NCBI GenBank assembly: GCA_963771885.1
Contig: CAVYVF010000023.1
Coordinates: 1 to 64,000, forward strand
From: Candidatus Bathyarchaeota archaeon
GTDB lineage: Archaea; Thermoproteota; Bathyarchaeia; TCS64
Length of the DNA stretch: 64,000 nt
Direction: 5' to 3'
The notes beneath the pieces were generated by a model that was not told the origin of the DNA, searched no databases, and saw only the letters and a program-made list of their open reading frames with translations. The stretch's first letter is position 1. Each line of letters opens with the position of its first letter. Shown piece by piece: positions 38,118 to 48,677 of this stretch. Made by a program: the position numbers and the translations under genes.

Positions 38118-38660
38118 ATGGCAAGGACAAAGGACACGTGGGAACGCCCAGCGACGAAACCGACCGAGTATCACTGCGTAGAGGCGCACAGGGGACGAGA
38201 GTTCATAATCAGGATGACGACCGGAACCGACGTCTTCAAGGCACTCCAGCAGTTCGCCAAAGACAAGAAGATACGCTTCGGGAAGATACACGCAGCTTTC
38301 ATGGGCGGCTTTAGCCCCGCCAAGATGTTTATGTGGACGCCCGACACCCGTGACCGCGCCAACTGGCACAACGAGACCGCCGCTAGCTTTGAGAACCTCA
38401 GCATGCTCATCAGCATGAGCGGCATGATACACACACGCATCGTCGACGGTAAACCCGAGCCCTTCCCCGCCATCCACTACGCGATAGGTGGCGCCTGGGA
38501 CGTCCCCACAGTCGGCGGACACCTCACCGAGGGCACAATAGTCAGAGGCGTCGTGGAGGTCTTCGTCACCGAGATACTCGGGATCGATGAGCTCCTCCCA
38601 TCGAACTACGACCCCGCAAAGGACGGAGCTCCCGAGGAATGGTATAAGGAAACGAAGTGA
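38118..38660 (+). CDS. PPC/DUF296 domain protein
   Basis: IRMTTGTDV, LISMSGMI, IHYAIG, VGGHLTEGT. Confidence 0.82.
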   Translation: MARTKDTWERPATKPTEYHCVEAHRGREFIIRMTTGTDVFKALQQFAKDKKIRFGKIHAAFMGGFSPAKMFMWTPDTRDRANWHNETAASFENLSMLISMSGMIHTRIVDGKPEPFPAIHYAIGGAWDVPTVGGHLTEGTIVRGVVEVFVTEILGIDELLPSNYDPAKDGAPEEWYKETK

Positions 38661-38903
38661 CTTCCTCTTTTATTACCTAAAACAGCTATTTTATACTTTG
38701 GTTATCAAGCTTTATTAACAGCAATTTGGTAATGTTTTATATACTTAATCAATAAATTTCATATATTAAGCTCTTTAAATATATATATTAAATAATCCCG
38801 GTTTCTCATGTAAAAATTACGCGGATAAATTTAGGAATACCATTTCTCTAGGTTGCATATCGGTTTCAGTGCACGAGGAGAACCCTCGAAAAAAGGTGGA
38901 AAA

Positions 38904-39098
38904 ATGCCCGAATGCGAGATATGCGGTGAAGAATCTGACAAGCTCATAAAGTGCAAGTCATGCGGTGCCAAGTTCTGCGAGGACTGTGGCTCTCCCATAG
39001 AGAAGCTCTGCGAGTTCTGTGCCGAGGAAGACGAGGTCGACACGGAGGATCTCGAAGACGTCGACGAGGCAATAGGGGAAGAACCCGACGACGAGTAG
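38904..39098 (+). CDS. Small zinc-finger protein with acidic tail
   Basis: Four CxxC pairs followed by an E/D-rich tail; AGGTGG SD-like motif upstream. Confidence 0.78.
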   Translation: MPECEICGEESDKLIKCKSCGAKFCEDCGSPIEKLCEFCAEEDEVDTEDLEDVDEAIGEEPDDE

Positions 39099-39172
39099 TC
39101 CTCTCCTTCTCAGCCTCACTTTAAACGCTAATCAAAAAGCCTATTCGATGGGACTCACGTCTTTTCTACAGC

Positions 39173-39529
39173 ATGTCCGAGGATAAGACGAAGTACTGCC
39201 CCTACTGCGGGTCGCAAATAGAGAAAAAGTACTCCGTCTGCCCAAACTGCGGAAAGCCACAACCAGACATACAGGGCACTGAACGACCGCGCATCCCCAG
39301 GCGGAAAAACCCGATGGTCGCCGCCTTCCTCTCACTGATAATTACGGGCGCCGGTCAGATATACTTAGGGAAAATCGCGAGGGGAGTAGTCTACCTCGGA
39401 GTCGTCCTGCTCATCAGCATAACACTCGAGGGTATACTGACATTCGAAGAGATGATGCTCCTAGGCATAGCTACCTCTATAATATCCGCGTGGGACGCCT
39501 ACAGCCTCGCGAAGGAAATGAATGAGTAG
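39173..39529 (+). CDS. Zinc-ribbon plus TM2-like membrane protein
   Basis: CPYC..CPNC, KNPMVAAFLSLIITGAGQIYLG. Confidence 0.82.
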   Translation: MSEDKTKYCPYCGSQIEKKYSVCPNCGKPQPDIQGTERPRIPRRKNPMVAAFLSLIITGAGQIYLGKIARGVVYLGVVLLISITLEGILTFEEMMLLGIATSIISAWDAYSLAKEMNE

Positions 39530-39581
39530 TCGCCCGAACAGAGTTTTAAGACAGCAGCGCAGGATACAAGGGATACCGACA

Positions 39582-40706
39582 TTGGATAGGGTCGACGCCG
39601 TAGTCATAGGGGCGGGCGCCGTCGGGCTCGCCATCGCCTCGGAGATCGCGCGTAGGGACAGGGACACCTTCATACTAGAGAAAGAGTCCGCTATCGGACA
39701 GGGCGCCAGCAGCAGGAACAGCGAGGTCATACATGCGGGCATCTACTACGCGACGGGCACCCTCAAGGCGAAGGTCTGCGTCAAGGCGAACCCCTTGATC
39801 TACAAGATCTGCACCGAGAACAAGGTCCCTCATAAGCGCCTCGGCAAGATCATTGTCGGAAACGGCGAATCCGAGATCAAGCAGCTCGAGGGACTCATAA
39901 GGCAGGGCAAGGCGAACGGCGTCGACGACCTCACACTCATCGACTCCGACCAGATCCATAAACTCGAGCCACTCGTCAAGGGCGACGCCGCTGTCCTCAG
40001 CCCAAGCACAGGCATCATGGACGCCCACGGGCTCATGGACTGCTACCTACGCAAGGCACGCAAGCAGAGCGGCTCAGACCCCCTCGTTCTAGACACAGAG
40101 GTCAAGGCGATAAAGAAGATACGGGATGGCTACGAGGTACACACCGTCAGTGGCGGCGAGCCCTTCAGCGTCGAGTCGCGCGTCGTCGTCAATGCAGCGG
40201 GGCTCTTCTGCGATAGAGTAGCCGGAATGGTTGGCATTAATATTGACGGGGCGAAGTACCGCCTCCACTGGTGCAAGGGTGACTACTACAGCATGAGCGG
40301 GAAGCCACCTGCTACGATGCTCGTCTACCCGCCGCCGCTCAAGGACACACTTGGGCTCGGAATTCACACCGTCCCCGACCTCACGGGGCGCCTCAAGTTC
40401 GGTCCCAACGCTTACTATGTAGACAGCCTAGACTACAAAGTCGAGTCCTCCGTTGAGCCATTCTGGAGTGACATCGTCACATACCTCCCAAGCGTCAGGA
40501 AGGAAGACCTCCGCCCGGACATGGCGGGGATACGTGCCAAGCTGCAGGGACCCGGTGAGAAGGCACGTGACTTCGTGATCGAGCACGAGGAGAAGCGCGG
40601 TTACCCCGGCTTCATCGACCTAATAGGGATTGAATCCCCCGGGTTAACGTCGTCTCCGGCAATAGCCGAGATGGTTGCGGGGATAGTAAACGAGATCCTG
40701 GACTAG
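39582..40706 (+). CDS. FAD-dependent oxidoreductase (L-2-hydroxyglutarate oxidase-like)
   Basis: IGAGAVG, SSRNSEVIHAG, KGDY, GIESPGLTSS. Confidence 0.88.
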   Translation: MDRVDAVVIGAGAVGLAIASEIARRDRDTFILEKESAIGQGASSRNSEVIHAGIYYATGTLKAKVCVKANPLIYKICTENKVPHKRLGKIIVGNGESEIKQLEGLIRQGKANGVDDLTLIDSDQIHKLEPLVKGDAAVLSPSTGIMDAHGLMDCYLRKARKQSGSDPLVLDTEVKAIKKIRDGYEVHTVSGGEPFSVESRVVVNAAGLFCDRVAGMVGINIDGAKYRLHWCKGDYYSMSGKPPATMLVYPPPLKDTLGLGIHTVPDLTGRLKFGPNAYYVDSLDYKVESSVEPFWSDIVTYLPSVRKEDLRPDMAGIRAKLQGPGEKARDFVIEHEEKRGYPGFIDLIGIESPGLTSSPAIAEMVAGIVNEILD

Positions 40707-40847
40707 CTCACCTACTGAAGTACGCGCATTTAGAAGCGGCAGTCCTTCACCAGGTCTCCCGGTGGACCCCCAATCCTTTAATATCCACGGTTAGCTAATC
40801 CTAAATGCACAGGTTCCATCCTTCAACGCCTCCCTAGGTGCTACACT

Positions 40848-41159
40848 ATGAAGTTTTGCGACAAATGCGGCTCCTTCATGGAGAATACACCCAGGGGATA
40901 CAGATGCCAGAAGTGCGGCTTTGAGTTTAACCCCGGCATAGTCGAGGTCTCGAGGGAGGATGAGCCGAAGGCGGAGCCCGTCTACGTCATAAAGGCGGAC
41001 GAGTCTACGAAGGTCAACCAGATCTGCCCACAGTGCGGGCATAGCGAGGCTTACCACCAGGTCAGGGTAGCCCTCGGGGAGCACGCCGGCGTCAACAGCG
41101 ACAGGTATGTTGAGAGGTTCAGGTGTGTAGCCTGCGGCTACACCTGGGTCACGAACTAA
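40848..41159 (+). CDS. TFS/RpoM-family paralog lacking the canonical DE hairpin
   Basis: MKFCDKCGS..CQKCG and CPQCG..RCVACGYTW zinc ribbons; QTRSADEP replaced by RVALGEHAGVNSDRYVE. Confidence 0.82.
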   Translation: MKFCDKCGSFMENTPRGYRCQKCGFEFNPGIVEVSREDEPKAEPVYVIKADESTKVNQICPQCGHSEAYHQVRVALGEHAGVNSDRYVERFRCVACGYTWVTN

Positions 41160-41586
41160 GCCAGTTTACCTTCACGTCGAACGGGATGCCCTGTTCCACG
41201 CTCTTTGATACCGTGCAGTAGTCCTCGTAGAGGGGGAGACACCTGTTTACTTGGTTCGTGTATTCGGGGTCAATGTCGGGAGTTATTTCTATCGAGATGC
41301 TAGTGATCCTCAGCCGCCCCTTTTCGTTTCTCGATGTCTTAGCTTGGACCCTCGTCCTCATGCCATTGACAGGAGTTCTCGTCTTCTGTAGACAGAAGAG
41401 GAGGCTCGCGCTGAGGCAGTTCCCCATCGCGGCGGCGAGCAGCATCGAGGCGTTCGGTCCTCCTCCCCCGCCGACGGGCGCGGGCTCGTCCGTTAAAAGC
41501 GTCTCGATGCCTTCCCCGAAGCTGATCTTGAAGGAATAGCCGTCGAGTTTCTCCAGCTCTACCCTCAGAGTCATCTCTTCGCTCAA
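41149..41586 (-). CDS. OsmC family protein
   Basis: DEPAPVGGGGGPN, GNCLSAS, YCTVSKS. Confidence 0.88.
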   Translation of the reverse strand: MSEEMTLRVELEKLDGYSFKISFGEGIETLLTDEPAPVGGGGGPNASMLLAAAMGNCLSASLLFCLQKTRTPVNGMRTRVQAKTSRNEKGRLRITSISIEITPDIDPEYTNQVNRCLPLYEDYCTVSKSVEQGIPFDVKVNWLSS

Positions 41587-41618
41587 ATTGTATCAGGATG
41601 GTTTGCGGTGACCTGGAA

Positions 41619-41864
41619 TTAAACCGCTTTCGCTCCGCCGGCACCCGGGGGTGTTTCCTCGTCCTCTGGCCGCTTGCTCTTTCCTTCGTATACGAAGCCG
41701 AAGCCGAAAAGGCAGAAGCCGACAACGACCGTCGCCCAGACGATCCACTCGTCTGAGGTGTCGCCGGTCGTCGTTATCTTGTAAACGATGGCGATGCAGA
41801 TGAGGGCGCAGAGGATGGCTCCGACGTACATGAGCTTCCACGTCATAGCCTTGTAATCCGGCAT
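41619..41864 (-). CDS. Small 2-TM hypothetical protein
   Basis: Two hydrophobic stretches; fills the gap upstream of the OsmC gene. Confidence 0.6.
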   Translation of the reverse strand: MPDYKAMTWKLMYVGAILCALICIAIVYKITTTGDTSDEWIVWATVVVGFCLFGFGFVYEGKSKRPEDEETPPGAGGAKAV

Positions 41865-41945
41865 CGGGGTCGAATAGTATCCCCCGGGTAGGGATTTAAT
41901 CTCTTCCCGATATCGTTAAAGGCACTCCCCCCATACTCTTGAGCC

Positions 41946-42431
41946 ATGTCAGGTATGCGCAGAAAGGAGAAGGAGATCACTGAGAAGGCGGTCATCGAGG
42001 AGGTTCTCATGGAGAACCAGGTCGGTAGGCTCGCGACGGCCGTTGACAATGAGCCCTACGTCGTACCTCTCAACTACGTCTACTACGATGGCAAGGTCAT
42101 CTTCCATAGCCACAAGGACGGCACGAAGATGAGGAACATCGCCAAGAATCCGCGGGTCTGCTTCGAGGTCGACTCCGGGGAGATCGTGACAGGTGAGAAG
42201 CCCTGCGACTTCACATGGAAGTACAGGAGCGTCATCGTCAAGGGGAAGGCGAACATAATTGCTGATCCGGAGAAGAGGCTCACCGCTTTAAAGAGACTGA
42301 GCGACAAATACTCGCCCGGGAAGGGTAAAATGCTCACGGCAAAGGACATGGAGAAGAACCCGCAACTCCTCCTAGTCGAGATCATCATCGACCAGATGAC
42401 TGGAAAGAAGAGCCCCGTCAAACCCGCGTAA
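41946..42431 (+). CDS. Pyridoxamine 5'-phosphate oxidase-like (NimA family) protein
   Basis: MRRKEKEI, PYVVPLNY, NPRVCFEV, YRSVIVKG. Confidence 0.88.
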   Translation: MSGMRRKEKEITEKAVIEEVLMENQVGRLATAVDNEPYVVPLNYVYYDGKVIFHSHKDGTKMRNIAKNPRVCFEVDSGEIVTGEKPCDFTWKYRSVIVKGKANIIADPEKRLTALKRLSDKYSPGKGKMLTAKDMEKNPQLLLVEIIIDQMTGKKSPVKPA

Positions 42432-42487
42432 ACCGTTCTGACACTTTCAGGAACCTTTTTCAGGGCGCCCATGTGCAGGGTTCCCTA

Positions 42488-43594
42488 ATGGGTATACCCG
42501 AGAAGATCAAGCAGATAGAGGAGGAGATGGCCCGTACCCAGGTCAACAAGGCCACTGAGAGGCACCTCGGGTTACTCAGAGCGAAGAAAGCGAAGCTCCA
42601 GAGAGAGCTCGAAGAGCAGACGCTGAAGGCGGCGGGGAAGGCGAGCGGCGACGACGGGTACGCAGTCAAGAAGACTGGGGACGCCACAGTCGTCCTAATC
42701 GGGCTCCCCAGTGTCGGGAAATCCACCATCCTCAACCAGATCACAAACGCCAAGTCGAAGACGGGCGCCTACGACTTCACGACACTGACCGTTGTTCCTG
42801 GGTTAATGGAGTATCGAGGTGCTAAAATCCAGGTTCTGGACCTCCCCGGCATCATCGCCGGCGCTGCTCAGGGCAAGGGACTCGGGAAACGTGTCCTCAG
42901 CGTCGCGAGGGCGGCGGACCTAGTTCTAATCACTCTCGACGTCTTCCAGCCTGGCGTCAAGCCGCTACTCTTCAAGGAGCTCCGCGAGATCGGTATCCGC
43001 CCCGACGAGAAGCCGCCGAATATCTTAATCGAGAAGACGCACACGGGCGGGCTCTCTGTAATCTGCCAGGTCCCCTTGACGAGGATCAAGAAGGAGACGA
43101 TAAAGGACATACTCGCCGTCTATGGCATCCACAACGCCAGGGTCATGATCCGCGAGGATATAAACGACGAGCAGCTCCTAGACGTGATACTCGGCAACAG
43201 GCACTATGTGTCGACCTTCGCCGTCCTCAACAAGATAGACATGATAGACAAGGAGAGCCTCCGTAAGGTCAGGGAAGGTCTTGACTACTACGTACTCCCC
43301 ATAGCCGCCGAGTCGGGGATAAACATCGACGAGTTCAGGGAGCAGCTCTACCAGAAGCTCCAGTTCATCAGGATATACATGCGTCCGAAGGGCGGCGAGA
43401 CCGACTACAAGGAGCCACTGATCGCGCGTGTGGGGTACACTGTCGGGGACGTCTGCGACATGCTCCACAAGGCGCTGCGGTCCGACTTCAAGTACGCGCA
43501 GGTCTGGGGGAAGAGCGTCAGATTCGGCGGCCAGAAGGTAAGCCTCGCCCACAAGCTCGTCGACGAGGACGTGCTCACCTTCGTCACGAAGTGA
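42488..43594 (+). CDS. DRG/Rbg family GTPase with TGS domain
   Basis: TQVNKATERH, GLPSVGKS, YDFTT, DLPG, NKID, VWGKS. Confidence 0.93.
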   Translation: MGIPEKIKQIEEEMARTQVNKATERHLGLLRAKKAKLQRELEEQTLKAAGKASGDDGYAVKKTGDATVVLIGLPSVGKSTILNQITNAKSKTGAYDFTTLTVVPGLMEYRGAKIQVLDLPGIIAGAAQGKGLGKRVLSVARAADLVLITLDVFQPGVKPLLFKELREIGIRPDEKPPNILIEKTHTGGLSVICQVPLTRIKKETIKDILAVYGIHNARVMIREDINDEQLLDVILGNRHYVSTFAVLNKIDMIDKESLRKVREGLDYYVLPIAAESGINIDEFREQLYQKLQFIRIYMRPKGGETDYKEPLIARVGYTVGDVCDMLHKALRSDFKYAQVWGKSVRFGGQKVSLAHKLVDEDVLTFVTK

Positions 43595-43647
43595 CACGAT
43601 TCTGTCTATACGCCAACTTGCGCTACCATAGATAAGAGAAGAAAAAT

Positions 43648-45517
43648 TTAGACTTTTACCAGCTGCATCTCGGTCAGGCGCCGGTATAGCTCATTCTTCT
43701 TGACTAGCTGGTTGTGTGTCCCCTCAGTCTGTACCTCGCCGTTGTACAGGACGATTATACGGTCGGCGTCCCTTACTGTGCTGACGCGGTGGGTGACTAT
43801 TAGGATCGTGCGGTGCTCCATTTCGGCTTTGAGCGCGTTCTGGATTAGCTGCTCGGTGTAGGGGTCGACGCTGCTGGTTGCTTCGTCGAGTATGAGTATC
43901 TTTGGGTCGGAGATGAGTGCCCGCGCCAGGCAGACGAGCTGGCGCTGTCCGTAGCTGAGGTTGCTCCCGCGTTCCCTGACCCCTTCGTCGTAGCCCTTGG
44001 GGAAGGCGCATGATGAGGTCGTGTATGCCGACTAACTTTGCGACCCTGATCATCTCCTCCTCGGATGCGTCTGGACGCCCGAACTTGAGGTTGTAGCGGA
44101 GCGTTCCCTGGAAGAGGTAGGGTTCCTGGAGGACGATTCCCACCTTTCGGCGGAGCGCCTTGAGTTTCACCTTCCTGAGGTCCACGCCGTCGATGGTGAC
44201 CGTCCCCGAGTCGGGGTCATAGAATCGTCCGACGAGGTTTATGATGCTCGACTTACCCGAGCCGGTGGGGCCGAAGATAGCGAGGCGCTCCCCGGGGCGC
44301 GTCTCGATGTTTATCCCCTTGAGGACAGGCTGATCCTTCACGTAGCTGAAGCGCACGTCCTTCAGCTCGACGATGCCTTCTCCCTCGGGGAAGTCAACGG
44401 CGTCTGTTGCTTCCTTCACCTCGGGGTCGATGTCTAGGACGACGAAGATGCGTTCTGCGCCTGCCAATGCGCTCTGTATCTCTCCGTAGAAGGTGCTGAT
44501 GTTCTGGATCGGCTCGAGGTAGCTCGTGGTGTACTGAGTGAAGGCGACCAAGTCGCCGATGGCGAGGTACGCGCCGAGGACCTGCTGGCCTCCGAAGAAC
44601 CAGATGAGCGTGCTGATGAGGGCGGCGAATAAACCGACCGTCGCCTCGTAGATGTTGGCGGTGACCTCTGCCTTTATCTGCGCCTTCGCGTTGGCGACGT
44701 TGACCTTGTTAAAGTCGGCAAGGCTCTTCTCTTCCTGCGCCATCGCCTTAGTTACCTTGGCGCCGACCATGAGGTCCTGAACCTTACCCGTCATCGAGGC
44801 GATGTTCTGCCTCGCTACGCGCCAGTTGTTCCTGACGAACCTGTTCAGCGTGGTTGTGACCACGGCTATGATTGGTGCCATGACGACGGCGACGACGGCG
44901 AGCTGCCAGTTGAGCAAGAACATCGTCCCCAGTATCGCGACAGCAGTTATGAGGTCAGCGACGACGCCGATTATGCCCGAGGAGACGAGCTTTCTCAGCG
45001 CCTCCGCATCGTTAGTGACCCTTGAGACTAGCTTCCCCGTGTTGCCGTACTCGAAGAAGTTCTGGCTCAGCTTCTCGAGGTGGAGGAAGAAGTCGGTCCT
45101 GATGTCGGCAATGATGTTGAGCCCGAGCTTGTTCAGGTAGTATTCCTGCAGGCTCATCACGCCCCAGAGGGCGAAGCCTACGGCGATGTAGATCAAGCCT
45201 GCGGCGACTATGTCCAGCCACTGTGTGGAGGCGCCGCCCCCTAGCATTGTGGCGATCCCCCTGATTATGTTTGCGAGCCAGACCTCGTTGGGCTCGGGCG
45301 TGTCGCTGATGAAGGTGTCGAGCGTGACCTTGTAGATGTATGGTCCCGAGAGGACTAAGGCGGTCTTCGCCACGATTATCAGCGCCATCGCGGCGACGAG
45401 TGACCTGTGGTGCAGCATGTAGTCCCTGATTATCCTCTTGACGAGTTCCCAGTCGCTGTACTTGCGCTCTGTTGACTCTAGGGAACCGACGTCGTATCTG
45501 CCCGAGAACTCCGCCAT
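43648..45517 (-). CDS. ABC exporter, permease plus ATPase, frameshift near 44000
   Basis: TM domain, GPTGSGKS; LSYGQRQ and ILDEATSSVD lie in another frame after a CCCC run. Confidence 0.88.
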
Positions 45518-47370
45518 CAGTCGTCAGCCTCCTTTTCGATGGTGAGGGTCTGTGACTCTATCAGCATCCTGTATTTTTCGCTCTCCTTCAGCAGTTTCTT
45601 GTGTTTTCCGACGGCGATTATTTGGCCCTGGTCGATGACGACGACCTTATCCGCCGACTCGCAGGTCGAGGCGCGTTGTGTGATTATCAGCGCTGTGCGC
45701 CCCTCTAGAAGGGCGTCAATCGCTCTCCTGATCAACACCTCTGTCTCGGCGTCGACGTTGCTCGTCGAGTCGTCGAGGATGAGTATGCTCGGGTTGGTGA
45801 TGAGGACCCTCGCGATGGCGATCCTCTGGCGTTGCCCGCCGCTCAGCGTGAGACCCCTCTCCCCGACGGGGGTGTCGTACCCCTTCGGCATCGAGGCGAT
45901 GTAGTCGTGAATCTGTGCGGCCTTCGCCGCAGCTATGACCTCTTTATCGGTCGCCTCCGGTTTGCCGAATCTGAGGTTCTCCTTGATTGTCTCGGAGAAT
46001 ATGTAGATGTCCTGAAGGACGATTCCTATCTGTCCCCTGAGGGACTTCAGCGAGGCCTCGCGGACATCGTGGCCGTCTACGGACACCTGCCCGACTGTTA
46101 CGTCGTAGAATCTGGGGACGAGCTCTGTCAGGGCGCTCTTCCCGCTTCCGACGAAGCCGATGATCGCCACCTTCTCCCCCGGGGAGACCTTGAGGTTGAT
46201 GTTTTGTAGAACCTCTGAGGTTCCGCCGTAGTTGAATGAGACGTCCTTGAACTCGATCTCACCCTTGAGGCGGGGAAGTTCAACGGGGTGTTCGGATTCG
46301 GGGACATCCCTCCCGACGTCTAGGACCTCGAAGACGCGCTTGGCGCTTACGACGCCGTCCTGGTAGAAGTCCATGAGTCGGGCGTACATCCTTACGGGGC
46401 CGACGATCTGGGTGAAGTATGTGCCAAAGAGGACAAGCTCGCCCAAGGTAAGGCTCCCCTCTAGGACCCTTATACCTCCGAAGACGAGGATGAGTGCTAC
46501 ACCTGTCGCGGCTATCACCGTGTTGGAGGGGGTGTAGAGTGACTGCAGCTTCGCCGTCTTGAGGCTCTTCTCGACGTATGAATGGTTCTCCTTGCTGAAC
46601 CACGCAGCGAATGACTCCTCCTGCCCGAAGCCCTTGATGAGCTTCTGAGCGGTGATCCCCTCGACGAGGACGCCGTTGAGGGAATCGAACTGGTTCTTGG
46701 CGGCGAGCATACGCCCCCTTACCCTGCTGAGGTATAGCCTCATGGTGACGAAGATGAAGGGGAGGGGGAGGAGCGTGATGAGAGCGAGCTGGCTATTTAT
46801 GCTGAGCAGGATGGCGATGGCAATGCCCAGTTGGAGGGTCATCCGGAAGAGTTCCCTGACCGTCTCCGAGTAGAAGAGGTCGATGGCGTTCATGTCGCTG
46901 GTGACCCTGCTTATTATCTGCCCCGTCCTGACTTGGCCGAGGTAGCTGAACGACTTGTTGATGAGCGCCTCGTAGAGCTGGCGGCGCATGTCGCGCAGTA
47001 TGTTCTGGCTCATGACGCCGCGGAAGTATCGGTGGACGACGAAGAAGGTGAACCTGACGAGGGCGAGGAGGAGTATGCAGCCGACGAGGATTACGAGGAG
47101 TCCACCACTGTCGGTGACGCCTGTCCACGACCTGATGAGGTCTATGAACCAGTTCTGGGCGCTGGGGGTGGGGATGAGGGCGAAGTCGATTATGAGCATG
47201 ACGACTAGGGGCGCGAGGAGGCTGTAGACACCCTCCCTCCCGAAGGCGGTGAGGTTGATGAGGAGATATGTCCCCATGTAGGGCTTTATGTAGCCGAGGA
47301 GCCTCTTCGTCAGTTCCCAGTTGCTCGGATTATACTCGCTCTTCATGTGCTGGTCCCACGTGTACGACAA
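45517..47370 (-). CDS. ABC exporter, permease plus ATPase (degenerate-site subunit of a heterodimer)
   Basis: GFVGSGKS, LSGGQRQR, ILDDSTS (E to D), TQR (H to Q). Confidence 0.9.
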   Translation of the reverse strand: MSYTWDQHMKSEYNPSNWELTKRLLGYIKPYMGTYLLINLTAFGREGVYSLLAPLVVMLIIDFALIPTPSAQNWFIDLIRSWTGVTDSGGLLVILVGCILLLALVRFTFFVVHRYFRGVMSQNILRDMRRQLYEALINKSFSYLGQVRTGQIISRVTSDMNAIDLFYSETVRELFRMTLQLGIAIAILLSINSQLALITLLPLPFIFVTMRLYLSRVRGRMLAAKNQFDSLNGVLVEGITAQKLIKGFGQEESFAAWFSKENHSYVEKSLKTAKLQSLYTPSNTVIAATGVALILVFGGIRVLEGSLTLGELVLFGTYFTQIVGPVRMYARLMDFYQDGVVSAKRVFEVLDVGRDVPESEHPVELPRLKGEIEFKDVSFNYGGTSEVLQNINLKVSPGEKVAIIGFVGSGKSALTELVPRFYDVTVGQVSVDGHDVREASLKSLRGQIGIVLQDIYIFSETIKENLRFGKPEATDKEVIAAAKAAQIHDYIASMPKGYDTPVGERGLTLSGGQRQRIAIARVLITNPSILILDDSTSNVDAETEVLIRRAIDALLEGRTALIITQRASTCESADKVVVIDQGQIIAVGKHKKLLKESEKYRMLIESQTLTIEKEADD

Positions 47371-47377
47371 GGCATAT

Positions 47378-47403
47378 TATGTAGATTATCTATATACGTA
47401 GAT
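47378..47403. promoter_or_regulatory. Inverted repeats in the divergent ABC/PadR intergenic region
   Basis: TATGTAGAT-T-ATCTATATA and overlapping ATCTA-N6-TAGAT. Confidence 0.5.
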
Positions 47404-47414
47404 CGGTTACATAG

Positions 47415-47978
47415 ATGCAGCCCATTCTCCCGCGGGAACAGAGCGTGAGCCCCGTCCAGATGTGGATACTTCTCATCCTCAGCGAGGGCCCCAACTACGG
47501 CTACAATGTGATCCAGCGTCTGGACGAGATGTTCTCGGGCTTCTGGAAGCCCAAGGCGGGGACGGTCTATCCCGCGATCGAGAAGCTGATGGATGGTGGT
47601 CTGATATCGGGTCGTGTGGAGCACAGGGAGGACGCCCCGGACAGGCACTATTACACGATCACCATCGTCGGTGAGGGCGCCCTCCGGCGTGGTATGGACA
47701 GGTGGGGCACTATGATGGAGTACATCGAGGAATACGGCGAGCGTCACCGCGCCATACGGAAGGGGAGCGCCGAGATGACACGCGAGGAACTAGGGGGCCT
47801 ACTTGTTAACTTCGGGGAATCCCTCAAGAGGGGCGAGGTTGAGGTGTCCGAGCACCTCACCGAGATGATGTCCGAGAAGATTAGGTTCCCCGAGCGCCTT
47901 GTCTACAAGTTCCTCTACGCCTATATCGAGGGCGGGCGCGAGATAGAGATCGAGATAGAGTGGGCACAGAGCGACTAG
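47415..47978 (+). CDS. PadR family regulator
   Basis: LSEGPNYGY, GTVYPAIEKL, RHYYTIT. Confidence 0.9.
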   Translation: MQPILPREQSVSPVQMWILLILSEGPNYGYNVIQRLDEMFSGFWKPKAGTVYPAIEKLMDGGLISGRVEHREDAPDRHYYTITIVGEGALRRGMDRWGTMMEYIEEYGERHRAIRKGSAEMTREELGGLLVNFGESLKRGEVEVSEHLTEMMSEKIRFPERLVYKFLYAYIEGGREIEIEIEWAQSD

Positions 47979-48673
47979 CCCCTCTTCAGGACCCGCTTTT
48001 CCATCGGCAGCTTCTCCGAGGCATAGTGGAGGACCAAGGCGGAGGTCCTCGGCCTCCACTTTATAAGATATGCACGGACCTCGTCAGGGTGCCTCTTCGA
48101 CACCTCCTTGAGGAGCCAACCGACGCCCTTCTGCACCATATCGTCGCGGTCCTCCATGAGCTTATCCGCGACCCTGAAGGCGTCTTCGAGCAAGTCTCCC
48201 CTCCTCGCAATCGGGACGAGGGACACCGCGGCGGCTCGGCGCCTCCACCTGTTCTCCGAGCCCGTCCACTCGATGAGCCTTTCGACCAGGCGGGGGTCCT
48301 TCCTCACCGTCTCGTAGATGATGCCGGTGCAGAGGGTATCGGTTGTAGCCCAGTTCGTCAGGAAGTCGATCCAGGTATCAAAGGTGTCGAAGTGCTCGGG
48401 TGTTAGGCGTCCCTTCATCCGCTTGAGCATATTGTCGCCTATTATGGGCAACTCGATTACGCGCTGAGTATGCAGCTCCCCCGCAACCTCGATAGCCAGC
48501 GGGAGGTTTCCCTTGACTCTCGGGTAGAACCTGTCGGCGATCTCCTTGCACGTGGGCATGGGGAGGCCCCAGGCCTCGATTGGTTCCCTGAAGTAGCGCT
48601 TCGATGCCTCGGCCCTCTCGGGGTCGTAGTAGCGGCGCGTCTCCGCGACGATCTCCGCGGTGAGAGGGTTCAT
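47975..48673 (-). CDS. DNA alkylation repair protein (AlkD-like HEAT repeat)
   Basis: TNWATTD, SENRWRRR, DMVQKGVGWLLKE, YASEK. Confidence 0.85.
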   Translation of the reverse strand: MNPLTAEIVAETRRYYDPERAEASKRYFREPIEAWGLPMPTCKEIADRFYPRVKGNLPLAIEVAGELHTQRVIELPIIGDNMLKRMKGRLTPEHFDTFDTWIDFLTNWATTDTLCTGIIYETVRKDPRLVERLIEWTGSENRWRRRAAAVSLVPIARRGDLLEDAFRVADKLMEDRDDMVQKGVGWLLKEVSKRHPDEVRAYLIKWRPRTSALVLHYASEKLPMEKRVLKRG

Positions 48674-48677
48674 GGGG

